Shown here piece by piece: positions 30,217-41,441 of a stretch of 64,000 nucleotides of DNA. The position numbers and the translations under genes are program-made. The notes beneath the pieces are model-generated. The model saw nothing but the letters and a program-made list of their open reading frames with translations. It was not told the DNA's origin and made no database searches. Every line of letters begins with the position of its first letter. Position 1 is the stretch's first letter. The stretch is taken from NCBI RefSeq assembly GCF_024700885.2, contig NZ_CP117016.1; one strand, 5' to 3'. This DNA comes from Escherichia coli. GTDB taxonomy: Bacteria; Pseudomonadota; Gammaproteobacteria; Enterobacterales; Enterobacteriaceae.

Positions 30217-30861
30217 TTATCTTTTTGAAGTCAGGACATTTACCAGTTCACTTAAAACTCTCTTTTGTTCTTCATCCTGAAGATATTGAATCCGGAATTT
30301 AATCTCTTCTGCAACCCGTCTTGTATTGGACTCATTAAGTATTTTTGTTATTCGCTGTCTCTGATGTTCAGGCTGGCCTTCCATATTTCGTAAAACCAGA
30401 TGAAATAATATATCATAAAGTGCGCAATGCCATGAATAACCATCATTGGTTAAAATAAGCTCCCAAACCCGCTCCTGCTCAGCAATAAGCTGCAGAACAA
30501 AGGATTCAACCTGTTCTGATTGTCCGGGGACAACCCGGTATAGCGGCGCAATCACAGCAAAAAACAGTTCATTTAGCCAGGATTCCGCTTCCTTCTCGCT
30601 CCTGAAAGATGGACAGTTCTGTATTCTTCGTTCGTATTCACGGGTAACCTGCTCCGGAATATCCTCCGGCGGTGTCAACCACTTATTCCTGAGCAATATA
30701 CTGGTTGACGGATGGCAGCAGGCTATTTCAGCAATAATTTCACGTAATGCCTCCGGGCTGAACTTCTTCAGCTGATTGTAGTGCTCCCGGGTAAAACCAT
30801 GATCATCGCATAAAAGTTGCCATGTCATTGATATACTGTTTGCCATTCCTTTCTTCATCAT
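30217..30861 (-). CDS. Hypothetical protein (214 aa), last gene of the ibrA-ibrB-perC-like operon
   Basis: Intact ORF 20 nt downstream of the perC-like gene; no motif recognised. Confidence 0.45.
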   Translation of the reverse strand: MMKKGMANSISMTWQLLCDDHGFTREHYNQLKKFSPEALREIIAEIACCHPSTSILLRNKWLTPPEDIPEQVTREYERRIQNCPSFRSEKEAESWLNELFFAVIAPLYRVVPGQSEQVESFVLQLIAEQERVWELILTNDGYSWHCALYDILFHLVLRNMEGQPEHQRQRITKILNESNTRRVAEEIKFRIQYLQDEEQKRVLSELVNVLTSKR

Positions 30862-30881
30862 TAATACCTGTTACATGAATA

Positions 30882-31190
30882 TCAACAGACCGGTGTACCT
30901 TTTCTGAATACCTCCCCGGACGGACTGGCAATCCCCATTCTCCTCAGCGTGGCATCTGCAGCTTTCGCCACTTCGCTGATATCCAGCTTTTCAGGTAGCG
31001 GCGGGGACGATATCTGCGCCAGGCAATAATTCCTGCGCAACAACAACCACTCCCGTTGTGCTTCTGTACATTCAACATTTCCCATAACAAAAAGCCAGCG
31101 GGCAGAAGCTCTGCGCCAGCAACCAGCAGCCTCCAGTTTTTGCGCAACCATGTCTTCCACGACTTCCGGGGGACTCTTTTTCCTGCTCAA
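30882..31190 (-). CDS. PerC-family transcriptional activator-like protein
   Basis: 102 aa; AQKLEAAGCWRRASARWLFVM...REWLLLRRNYCLAQIS resembles the PerC-family core (LEAKGLWRRAA.RWL) as I recall it. Confidence 0.5.
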   Translation of the reverse strand: MSRKKSPPEVVEDMVAQKLEAAGCWRRASARWLFVMGNVECTEAQREWLLLRRNYCLAQISSPPLPEKLDISEVAKAADATLRRMGIASPSGEVFRKGTPVC

Positions 31191-31229
31191 AACATCAACT
31201 CACTGAAATAATATACATACCTGACGGTC

Positions 31230-31874
31230 TCAGCGAACCGTCCATGCCGGGCTGAAGTCCTCTTCCTGAAACAATTCCGTCAGCCCGCTAATCTGTTTCA
31301 GTCTCAGTACTTCATCCTGGTCCATACCCAGCTCAGTGCCAATGCGTTCATCCATCCAGCCCAGGCGTGAAAGATCCCTGACAATATCGGACATAGAGGT
31401 TATCTGGTGTTTACCCCTGGCCCGGTTATGTCGAATGGTCGCTGCAATACGTGAAGCCTGTCCCTTTCTTTCCGGATTAATACAGGTCACTGGCAACCAG
31501 CCCTTCAGACGTTCTCCCGTACCTGCTTCCCTGCCCAGTAACTGACGATGAAAACCATCCACGACCAGATAATGCTCTTTCTCTTCCGAGACAACCACAG
31601 GCTGCGTGAACCCATCCTGCTCCAGTGAATGTTTCAGCAGTTTCTTCTCACCCGGCGCCATGACATTGGGGTTATAATCGTTAGCCACCACCTCATCCGC
31701 TTTCACCCACAGCACACAGTCCACAGGCTCCTGTGCAAAAGGACTGACCTCATGAAGCACCCTGCGCAGGTGATTAAGGGCCTGTATGGCCTCTTCTTCT
31801 GGTCGTTCCTGGCTGAAGTACTGACGAATCATGTCACTCAGTACCTCCACTTCAGGTGTCACAGAATCCCCCAT
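31230..31874 (-). CDS. ibrB: ParB-like nuclease domain protein, IbrB-like
   Basis: 214 aa; ParB/Srx-type motif (NDYNPNVM...LEQDGFTQPVVV...YLVVDGFHR); overlaps the upstream PAPS-reductase-like gene. Confidence 0.65.
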   Translation of the reverse strand: MGDSVTPEVEVLSDMIRQYFSQERPEEEAIQALNHLRRVLHEVSPFAQEPVDCVLWVKADEVVANDYNPNVMAPGEKKLLKHSLEQDGFTQPVVVSEEKEHYLVVDGFHRQLLGREAGTGERLKGWLPVTCINPERKGQASRIAATIRHNRARGKHQITSMSDIVRDLSRLGWMDERIGTELGMDQDEVLRLKQISGLTELFQEEDFSPAWTVR

Positions 31875-33091
31875 TCATTCCTCCTTTCCTTCATACGCTG
31901 CAGGTAACGTTCATAGTGCCGGGGTTTGTTCGGACTGAAGGAGAGAGTCCGGCACCAGAAATCATTCTTTATGAGTGTTTTACAGATACGTCGCCAGGAC
32001 GGAATATCCCGGCTCCCCAGATCATTCTCCTGTTCGTTCGGGATGTCATCCGGGAAGCCCCGCGTCTGATACCAGCGCAGGTAGACAGCAATTTTATTAC
32101 GGTAATGTTCTGCCGTTCTTTCCGGCATCACATCCAGCAGGAACATCGCATAGCTGCGCCAGGTATGATGGGCCGGTTTTGATATACGTTTACGCAGGGC
32201 AAAATAGGCACCGCTTTCATTGGCATAAAGCGCCCCGCTGGCAGCGCCTGACACCCGCTCACACATCCTGGCCCAGGTTTCCGGCTCCAGAACATGGTAA
32301 AGCCACAGTCCCTTACGTTGTTCAGGACCAAAAGGTTCACAGACACGCATGTTGCGTAACGGTACGCCGGCACGGTACATCAGGTCATACAGGGGATTGT
32401 AGATGGCACGGGTTCTGGTGTGATATATCCAGATATCACGAGTTTTCCAGTCATACAGCGGATACATGGTGTAGTAAAACCCTTCAGGCGATGCCGTGGT
32501 CCAGGGCTTATCATCGGCGTATCTCAGTTTGCGCTGGGATACCAGTCCCATGAACCGGTTAAGGGACTCATCCGCACGGACACCGGTCAGTACTGCCACA
32601 CCACATTTATTGTCTGCAAACCAGGAAGAAAATGCCGGAACAAATTCTTCAAACGTCATGGCATACCGGTAAAAGGGAAAATACGCCATATCTGTAATGG
32701 CCCCCTCCGGTGGCTGGCGAACCCACTTCACACCAGACTCCCAGCATATCCACTCCGGCTGAAACTGAGAAACACCGTTTACCGTGGTCAGGGGAAGTGC
32801 CACCCAGTAAAAGGTTTCCGTCACATCATGGTACATTTCCCGCATCTTCTGAATATGTTCAATGGTGCACTGGTACTGAGCCTCCCAGTCAATGAACAGT
32901 ACAGAGAAACGACGTTTTTTCCTGCGGGCCACATCAGCCAAAAGATGGAAAAGCACGGTGGAATCTTTACCACCGGAAAAAGAGAGACAAACTGATGGAA
33001 ATGTTTCAAAAATCCACTCAATACGAGCAATTGCTGCACGCAGAACATTAGTACAAAGCCAAATTTTGTCTGTCATTAAATGATCACGCAT
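31859..33091 (-). CDS. ibrA: PAPS-reductase-like (PP-loop ATP pyrophosphatase) protein, IbrA-like
   Basis: 410 aa; PP-loop motif CLSFSGGKDSTVL near the N-terminus; paired with the ParB-like gene as in ibrAB. Confidence 0.65.
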   Translation of the reverse strand: MRDHLMTDKIWLCTNVLRAAIARIEWIFETFPSVCLSFSGGKDSTVLFHLLADVARRKKRRFSVLFIDWEAQYQCTIEHIQKMREMYHDVTETFYWVALPLTTVNGVSQFQPEWICWESGVKWVRQPPEGAITDMAYFPFYRYAMTFEEFVPAFSSWFADNKCGVAVLTGVRADESLNRFMGLVSQRKLRYADDKPWTTASPEGFYYTMYPLYDWKTRDIWIYHTRTRAIYNPLYDLMYRAGVPLRNMRVCEPFGPEQRKGLWLYHVLEPETWARMCERVSGAASGALYANESGAYFALRKRISKPAHHTWRSYAMFLLDVMPERTAEHYRNKIAVYLRWYQTRGFPDDIPNEQENDLGSRDIPSWRRICKTLIKNDFWCRTLSFSPNKPRHYERYLQRMKERRNEWGIL

Positions 33092-33131
33092 TACTGAACA
33101 ATATTATCTGCATCCCTTGATATAAAACAAT

Positions 33132-33962
33132 TCATAATTTTTGTATCGAGTTGGCCAACCTTTTTTCATTACCAAATCGAGTTGTGTAATATCTCTCTTC
33201 GATACCATACAGCAAAAGTTTAAGCTCTTCGTCACAAGAAATTTCGAAACAGCCAGTGCCATCATCAAACTTTAATTTTTCAGAGCAATAATCATTTATA
33301 TAAGTTAGCATATTCCCCCTGTCACTTACATCCATTTGGTTTAACGTATCCATCGCTAACGCTATTCTTTTTCTGTTTGGTTTTGAAACATTACATGCTT
33401 TATATTCACCAGAGAGAGCAATAAACGACTCCCCCAGAAACTGTTCAACATCCTGTTCTGTTGCCTCTTTATAAAGAGTATCGATACCATTAAACATGGA
33501 AGAAATGGCTGACAAGGATTTAAATATAAGCGTGTCCTTTGCAGCAAGATATACTGCATCCGGGGTCTGGTTAACAACCAGACGATTCTTCCCGCTCTCT
33601 ATCTTTGCTCTATCACCAAGTTCGATCATTTTTTTCTTGAGATATAATGATGGTGTTACCTTCTGAAAATAAAAGTCACCACTTTGAAATGAAAAAATAA
33701 ATGCTATCTTTGAAAAATATTTTTTAGGCAATTCATCATAATTTTTTGAATCAAACTCATCTTTCAAAAAGGATGGGCAGTATTCCCGTTTACTAAATTC
33801 ACTGAGACTAAACCAGGAATCTTCATCAAGATTATGATCCGGTGCATACGGAACCAATGAACACACTGACAGATCAACCCTTTCAAAAAGGGTATGATCT
33901 GAGACAATCTTAAAATATGGTTTTTTCCTGAGACCTTTTGCTTTAACAAATACATTATCCAT
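33132..33962 (-). CDS. Hypothetical soluble protein (276 aa), second gene of the AT-rich two-gene cassette
   Basis: Translationally coupled to the upstream membrane-protein gene; strongly AT-rich codon usage; no catalytic motif recognised. Confidence 0.5.
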   Translation of the reverse strand: MDNVFVKAKGLRKKPYFKIVSDHTLFERVDLSVCSLVPYAPDHNLDEDSWFSLSEFSKREYCPSFLKDEFDSKNYDELPKKYFSKIAFIFSFQSGDFYFQKVTPSLYLKKKMIELGDRAKIESGKNRLVVNQTPDAVYLAAKDTLIFKSLSAISSMFNGIDTLYKEATEQDVEQFLGESFIALSGEYKACNVSKPNRKRIALAMDTLNQMDVSDRGNMLTYINDYCSEKLKFDDGTGCFEISCDEELKLLLYGIEERYYTTRFGNEKRLANSIQKL

Positions 33963-33964
33963 TC

Positions 33965-34525
33965 TTATTTCCTTTCGATAAAGGTATAGTTATTAATCCT
34001 GAAAGCCATGGGCACTACAATATCTTGCGGTACTTTATACCTATAAGGACTGATAAGAAAAATCGACGCTCCTGTTTTTGTCTTAATATTATAAAACTCA
34101 TACCTGAAAACAAGAAACAAAGGATTGAAATATAAGGCCTGAGATAAAAATGTAAAAATAAACAGCACTCCATAAACAAAGAACAACGCCCCCCAGTTAT
34201 TTATACTCAGGGCAACAAAAAAGTACCCCAGATAACTCGGTAAAAAAGAGTTATTCGCATGCTCAACTGAAATCACCTCACCTTTTTTAAACTCATCTTT
34301 TCCCAGCGCAGCACTAAGCACAAGACTGACTTTAGTCAAAACAACAGGTATTAAAAAATAAAAAAGATACGACCCTACCTGAGGAATACCACTTAACCAC
34401 TGTAAACTCTGTTCATGCTGAAAAAAGTAAAACAACGTATATTTCCTTTGCACCAAAAATATAATTATCAACAAAGAAGTGGCATTGAATGTAAGCAGCA
34501 ATCTAAAAAGGATGTTAATTATCAT
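33965..34525 (-). CDS. Small polytopic membrane protein (186 aa, about 4 TM helices), first gene of the AT-rich cassette
   Basis: Hydrophobic segments INILFRLLLTFNATSLLIIIFLV, VGSYLFYFLIPVVLTKVSLVLSAAL, YLGYFFVALSINNWGALFFVYGVLFIFTFL. Confidence 0.5.
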   Translation of the reverse strand: MIINILFRLLLTFNATSLLIIIFLVQRKYTLFYFFQHEQSLQWLSGIPQVGSYLFYFLIPVVLTKVSLVLSAALGKDEFKKGEVISVEHANNSFLPSYLGYFFVALSINNWGALFFVYGVLFIFTFLSQALYFNPLFLVFRYEFYNIKTKTGASIFLISPYRYKVPQDIVVPMAFRINNYTFIERK

Positions 34526-34739
34526 GATATCTGGTTCCTGGACATCTAAAAATCATGCGTCATATCACACAATTTGCATTATGAATAACCATAACAATAT
34601 AACTCAGTTATTGCTACCCAAGCCCAGTATTTAAATAACTATACTATCAATGCGTAAGACCACATTAATGCTCCGCTGAAGAAGAGAAGCACTATACTCT
34701 GCAGTGCCTTTAGAAAATTATTCTCCAAAAGATGGAATA

Positions 34740-36107
34740 TCACTTCATGTCCCCTTGCGTCAAAACCCAGTAACGACTCACCAGCTCGACAAGACCATTT
34801 TCCACCTTTTTTTGCTGCTGTTCACTGCTATTCTGGTTACGAACTTCATCATAGCGACGTAACTGCTCTTCTGCCGGGATATGCCGGTTAAAAGCCTGCA
34901 TGATGCCAAACACCTCCGTTTTCAGTTCACTGACCGTCATGTATTTTCCCCGCTGCTCATCCAGACGGTTCAGGCGCTCAGCCAGCTGCTGTAAGCGGGT
35001 CATGCCTTCGTTCCAGCCCGCCATCGCCTCTTCCGGGAGCGCACGACTCCTTACACTCTTCTGCCAGTTATCCACCATTTCCTGAACACGGGGATTGTCG
35101 GGAAAAAGTACCCTCAGTTGCTGCAGCAGCTGCGCACTGCGTTGCAGGTTGTATGCCGGGGGTAGTTCTGCCAGTCGTGTTATCTGCTGACCGGAAAGGG
35201 TTATCCACTCTGACGCATGATTTAGCAGTGAAGGTGTTCTGCTGAGCTGTGTCATCTGGCCTGCTGAAAGCACATCCGGTGGTGGTGTCAGCAACGCCCT
35301 GAGTTGCTGCTCCGCCGGTGATGGCTGTGTCAGAAACTGCCATCCCGGAATGGCCACGCTGACCGCCAGCAATGCCGCACAGACACCAGTTACAAACGGT
35401 TTCAGAAACGTGGGCGGGGATTTCTGAAGGGAATGTGTGTTTTCTTTTCCGCTCTCTGCTTTTGTTTCAGAAACAACATACACCAGACGGGAGTGCGGCA
35501 GGGTCTGATGTTCCTGTACGTCCGGAGCATCAGACCGGAGTGCCTGCGCCGGAAGGGTTACCGGAGACGATACTTCACCCTGCACAGGCTGGTTCTCCAG
35601 GCGGGTGATATATCCCTTCACCATGGCTTCCGGTAAAGCCACTTTACTGCTCTGTTTAAGTTCGTGCCGGGCCAGTGTGTCACTCAGTGCCTTCAGGAAT
35701 GTTTCGGTCTGATACAGCAGGGGCAGGTTGTCACGGTCGTCCGGAGGCATGGCCCGAAGCGTTTTTTGCAGATGGTTGAACAGACCGGTAATAATTTCCA
35801 GCCGGGCGTGGGTATTCAGCGGCCACATCACTGACCAGTGATGCCGGGTCAGCGCCACAATCAGAGCCAGCCCTTCATTCAGACCACTTAACCCTGTTGT
35901 ATGCATCCGGGCGATGGTGTACCAGGATGCCGTCTGTAATTCCACGCCATTGTGTTCATACAGACGCAGGCAGAGTGTTTCCACGTAACGCCAGTCCACA
36001 TCCGGGCGTGCCGGGTGAGTCAGTTTGCTGATTTCATCGCGCAGGGCAGCATAATCCGGTAATGACCGGGGGTCACCACCGGTTTTCAGTTTCACTTCAG
36101 AAGTCAT
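34740..36107 (-). CDS. ImpA-N-domain membrane protein, VasL-like T6SS accessory protein
   Basis: 455 aa; ImpA-N-like N-terminus (DPRSLPDYAALRDEISKL...NGVELQTASWY...GLNEGLALIVAL) and a central TM helix (VTGVCAALLAVSVAIPGW). Confidence 0.6.
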   Translation of the reverse strand: MTSEVKLKTGGDPRSLPDYAALRDEISKLTHPARPDVDWRYVETLCLRLYEHNGVELQTASWYTIARMHTTGLSGLNEGLALIVALTRHHWSVMWPLNTHARLEIITGLFNHLQKTLRAMPPDDRDNLPLLYQTETFLKALSDTLARHELKQSSKVALPEAMVKGYITRLENQPVQGEVSSPVTLPAQALRSDAPDVQEHQTLPHSRLVYVVSETKAESGKENTHSLQKSPPTFLKPFVTGVCAALLAVSVAIPGWQFLTQPSPAEQQLRALLTPPPDVLSAGQMTQLSRTPSLLNHASEWITLSGQQITRLAELPPAYNLQRSAQLLQQLRVLFPDNPRVQEMVDNWQKSVRSRALPEEAMAGWNEGMTRLQQLAERLNRLDEQRGKYMTVSELKTEVFGIMQAFNRHIPAEEQLRRYDEVRNQNSSEQQQKKVENGLVELVSRYWVLTQGDMK

Positions 36108-36161
36108 CGGCAGATTCGGTGTTGCTGTATTAAATCATGATTAACAGTGACGAAAAGAACA

Positions 36162-36467
36162 TCAGTGTGATACCGGTACCCGGGAAAGGTATTCCACCGC
36201 GCGGATAATTGCCGGTGTCACATCCCACCGCCGTTTCAGAACCGGCAACAGCTCATTAAGGTTTCTGATATAACGCTCAGTGAACAGCCGTTGTCCGTCC
36301 CTGGTTAAATGAAAACCTGACTGATTACAGGTAATGGTGATATGACAGGTATCGTTGCCAATATATACGGCTTCCTGGGGTCTGAATCTGACATTCCAGT
36401 ACCAGGAATACGGGGAATGATTAAGATGAAAAAGACGCATCTGAATGTCACTGAATAATGGATTCAT
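36162..36467 (-). CDS. Small conserved hypothetical protein (about 101 aa)
   Basis: Probable start at MNPLFSDIQ (internal to the track ORF 36162-36572); a frameshifted paralogue lies at 4450-4748, in both cases near a vasL-like gene. Confidence 0.5.
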   Translation of the reverse strand: MNPLFSDIQMRLFHLNHSPYSWYWNVRFRPQEAVYIGNDTCHITITCNQSGFHLTRDGQRLFTERYIRNLNELLPVLKRRWDVTPAIIRAVEYLSRVPVSH

Positions 36468-36531
36468 CATAAATAAAATACACCTGATAATAAAATATAG
36501 TGGAAAACCAGAATAAAGAAATGGTCCGGTA

Positions 36532-38319
<1,788 letters not shown>

Positions 38320-38512
38320 AAACGCACCTTAATCTGTGAACAAAAAAATAATCACCACCGACATCCACGGATGTTATATCGTGGGTATCGCTTTATTCAG
38401 AAATAAAAAACAGAATCATTAACATGACCAGAATACTGTGAACCATGCTGCAGGGTATCTGCAGATATCCCTTCTGTTATATCCGGCCGGGGTAAAATCA
38501 GAACACTGACTG

Positions 38513-39757
38513 TCAGGCAGCTTCATTTTCCGCGTATTCCAGACTCTGCAGGTACTGCAGCGCCGCCGGGTCAGCCACATATTCCACCTGCCCGTGGTGA
38601 CGCTCCACTTCATTAATGATTTTCTCAAGCTTCACGCGGAAAAATTCTTTACGCAGGTTAATCCTGTTAATGCGGTATTTTTCCAGACTGTCATGAAGTG
38701 TTTTTTCCAGCGCAGGCGCATCATCACAGGAAATCATGGCGTGAACATCAAAATCAAACGGAACAGAAGCACCACTTAACTCTTTGACCCTGTCCATGGG
38801 TTCCAGCCGTCGGGTCATGCCAATTTTAAAGACATCCTCACCAAACGAACCAATATTCGAAATGATATAAACATGCCCCTGTTTCGTAAGCTGAGCCATG
38901 GATTTAGCACGTTCATACTGCGCATGCGCTTCCTGAATTTTCTGTTCCAGCTCCAGGCGTTGTTTCTCTAACTCCTCCCTGTGAGCCCCTTCTGCTGCGC
39001 GCAGCGCCTCCTCAATCAGTTTCTGCTGCTCAGCAAGACGCCGTTCTTCCTCTTCCGCTTCCCGCTGGCGCCGTTCAGGTTCATCCTGACGCTCTTTTTC
39101 TTCACGCATCTGACGCTTAAGCTCTGCCTGATATTCCTTCTCTTCCTGCGCTTTTTCCAGCAATGCCACTTTGTCCAGAAACTGTTGCCTGATACTCTCC
39201 CGGTCAGAATTATCTTCCAGGTTAAGAAAGGCTATTTTCTCACTGACAGCAGCGTAAGCCTCTCTTTCCTTACGAAGCTGGTCATATTTGCTTTGCCAGT
39301 TATTAATCGTTACACCAGCCAGCAGAGTCTTCGCCTTAAATTTCCAGGCGGAATCAACAATCCGTTGCATTGCACGGCTGGCCTTCTGTCTGGCGGTATG
39401 AAATTCCTCACGACGTCTGGCCAGTTGCTCCTTTTCCTGTCGTATTCCCCGGGCTATCGCGGCATTGACAGTTTCATTAAAACCCCGCTCTCTCTGAACC
39501 AGCTCTGAAACGGCCTGCTCAAAGGCTGCTGTTTTCTTTCTGAGTCTCCGGTAAATAAAAAAACGAAGTAAAATTGCAAATACAGTAAGCAAACCAAAAA
39601 ACAAACCAATAATACCTGCCGGATTCGATACTGCATCAATAAAGCGCTCATTAAGATTTATCAGCGCCCTGACCGCCACATAAATCCCCCAGAGAATAAC
39701 GCAAACTAAAATCAGGACAAATCCCGCTGCATTATCATCTTTTTTTCCTCCTGCCAT
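38513..39757 (-). CDS. Membrane-anchored coiled-coil protein with C-terminal T5orf172/MUG113-type GIY-YIG domain
   Basis: 414 aa; two N-terminal TM helices, about 200 aa of charged heptad-rich coiled coil, then GHVYIISNIGSFGEDVFKIGMTRRLEPMDRVKEL...EFFRV, typical of T5orf172 domains. Confidence 0.7.
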   Translation of the reverse strand: MAGGKKDDNAAGFVLILVCVILWGIYVAVRALINLNERFIDAVSNPAGIIGLFFGLLTVFAILLRFFIYRRLRKKTAAFEQAVSELVQRERGFNETVNAAIARGIRQEKEQLARRREEFHTARQKASRAMQRIVDSAWKFKAKTLLAGVTINNWQSKYDQLRKEREAYAAVSEKIAFLNLEDNSDRESIRQQFLDKVALLEKAQEEKEYQAELKRQMREEKERQDEPERRQREAEEEERRLAEQQKLIEEALRAAEGAHREELEKQRLELEQKIQEAHAQYERAKSMAQLTKQGHVYIISNIGSFGEDVFKIGMTRRLEPMDRVKELSGASVPFDFDVHAMISCDDAPALEKTLHDSLEKYRINRINLRKEFFRVKLEKIINEVERHHGQVEYVADPAALQYLQSLEYAENEAA

Positions 39758-39912
39758 GACTTTCCTTTATTTTCCTTCTCAGTAACTGAATATCTTTGAT
39801 TAACGCCCTCCGGAAATATTTATACCCGGAAGGTTGTCCGGCTTTATGATGCCAGCCACTACAGGATTAACTGCAGGCTGAGCACAGATTCCTCTGCTAT
39901 TTCAGTGTCAGA

Positions 39913-40326
39913 TTAATACTGATTACCGGAACAAATGGGCAGATGCGTAAATCCGGGTTTGCTGGCCATATAAAGCGGCGCACAGGTAGGGTTGCGGGGT
40001 TCAGTGACCGGCACAGCCTCATTTTTCTCAGCCACCGACGGTTGTGACACCTTCCGGACAGCCGCTGATTTTTCCTTCTGAACCGGCTTCGTGGTGACCG
40101 GTGATTTCACCTGACGTTTGCCGGGTGCCACGCCATAACCAGAACAAAGGCGCTTCGACTGACTCAGACTTCCGTCATTGCAGACAAAACGTCCGTCTGA
40201 CGTACAGTGTGAAATACCACCTTTAGCACCCGAGCAGGGTTTTCTTCCCCGCGCAGCATCTGCCTGAACCGAAAATAAAAGCCCCACGAACAGAAAAAAG
40301 ATAATTTTCTTCATTTTAAAACTCAT
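39913..40326 (-). CDS. Small secreted Cys-containing protein (137 aa)
   Basis: Signal peptide MKKIIFFLFVGLLFSVQADA; several Cys in the mature part; no family recognised. Confidence 0.45.
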   Translation of the reverse strand: MSFKMKKIIFFLFVGLLFSVQADAARGRKPCSGAKGGISHCTSDGRFVCNDGSLSQSKRLCSGYGVAPGKRQVKSPVTTKPVQKEKSAAVRKVSQPSVAEKNEAVPVTEPRNPTCAPLYMASKPGFTHLPICSGNQY

Positions 40327-40470
40327 ACATTGTTATTGCTGATATGCCCGAGTTATCAGGATGATGAAACATTCAGCCAGCGTTGTCATAAGCCAGAATA
40401 ATGTCACATTCACACCTGACATATATCCATCGCTGTTTATTTATTTCTGTTCTGCCCTCCCTGCTCCGGC

Positions 40471-40905
40471 TCACGTCTGCACGTAGCGCTGCTGTTTCAG
40501 ATGGCGCAACAACACCCTGCCCTCCGGTATAAATGTTGTTCCGTAACGAACCAGCCCGGCATCTTTAAGTTCTGCATCAATGACATAATGCAACTCACCA
40601 GGCTGAGTCTGTTCCTGCATCGTCACGTCGACGCGCTTAATACGTGGCTCATACTTCAGCAGAACGTCTGAAAGCACGCGCATCAGTTGATGCGCCGTCC
40701 CCGGCATTCCCTGCAGAATGGTTGTTATATCCGGCAGACCATAATCCGGAAGATGCTTAAGGCTTCCGGCACGGGTATTCAGAATACGCTGCATGTTATC
40801 GAGCACCGAAAGAATAACCTGCTCTTCCTCACCGACCTGGTTTAACTCCAGCCCGCCAGTGAAATTGCCATAGAGAATTTCATAAAGGGAAGGACGCGGC
40901 ATCAC
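40471..40905 (-). CDS. tssE: T6SS baseplate subunit TssE (gp25-like)
   Basis: 144 aa; gp25/GPW-like; terminal gene of the second T6SS locus. Confidence 0.8.
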   Translation of the reverse strand: MMPRPSLYEILYGNFTGGLELNQVGEEEQVILSVLDNMQRILNTRAGSLKHLPDYGLPDITTILQGMPGTAHQLMRVLSDVLLKYEPRIKRVDVTMQEQTQPGELHYVIDAELKDAGLVRYGTTFIPEGRVLLRHLKQQRYVQT

Positions 40906-41441
40906 TATTTATCCTTCACCGGTAACAGGGTCAGGGTGTTACCGGATACTTCAATAAGACGGGGCGTGTCCGGCTCAAGCTCATCCCGGCCCAGCACCAC
41001 CCGCCAGGTATTTTTCTTCTGGTCAGGCTCCAGAAACATTGCTGCCACACCGGTAAATTTCGCCGCATCATCCAGAGGCATATCCACGGCTACTGAACCA
41101 CCTGGCTGCAGCCATACATCTTTCTGTGCAATGATATCGCCTGCCAGAATTTCATTGTCCCCTGTAAAAAGCGCCTGATAATCCGCACTGTCAAAACTCC
41201 GGTTGTCTTTAAGCTGATAAATCCGCACCACAACCGACAGGGGAATACCGGCAGCACTGGTGTTAATGGCCTCCCTGGCACGAATATCCAGGTGAAGTGT
41301 TTTTATCTGTCGGTAAAACAGGGATTTCGTGGCAGATACCGTACCGTCTGCCACTCTTTGCGTCAGACCGCATCCTGATAACGACAGGGAAAACAACGCA
41401 ATAATCAGACCGTAACCAGCCTTACCAGCGATAATCGCCAT
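40905..41441 (-). CDS. tssJ: T6SS outer-membrane lipoprotein TssJ
   Basis: 178 aa; signal peptide and lipobox (LSLSGC). Confidence 0.75.
   Translation of the reverse strand: MAIIAGKAGYGLIIALFSLSLSGCGLTQRVADGTVSATKSLFYRQIKTLHLDIRAREAINTSAAGIPLSVVVRIYQLKDNRSFDSADYQALFTGDNEILAGDIIAQKDVWLQPGGSVAVDMPLDDAAKFTGVAAMFLEPDQKKNTWRVVLGRDELEPDTPRLIEVSGNTLTLLPVKDK

Noticed and set aside
31975-32995. Long antisense ORFs opposite ibrA (31975-32553, 32420-32995)
   Set aside because: They overlap the PP-loop protein gene on the opposite strand and have Arg/Pro/His-rich translations typical of antisense frames of GC-normal genes.
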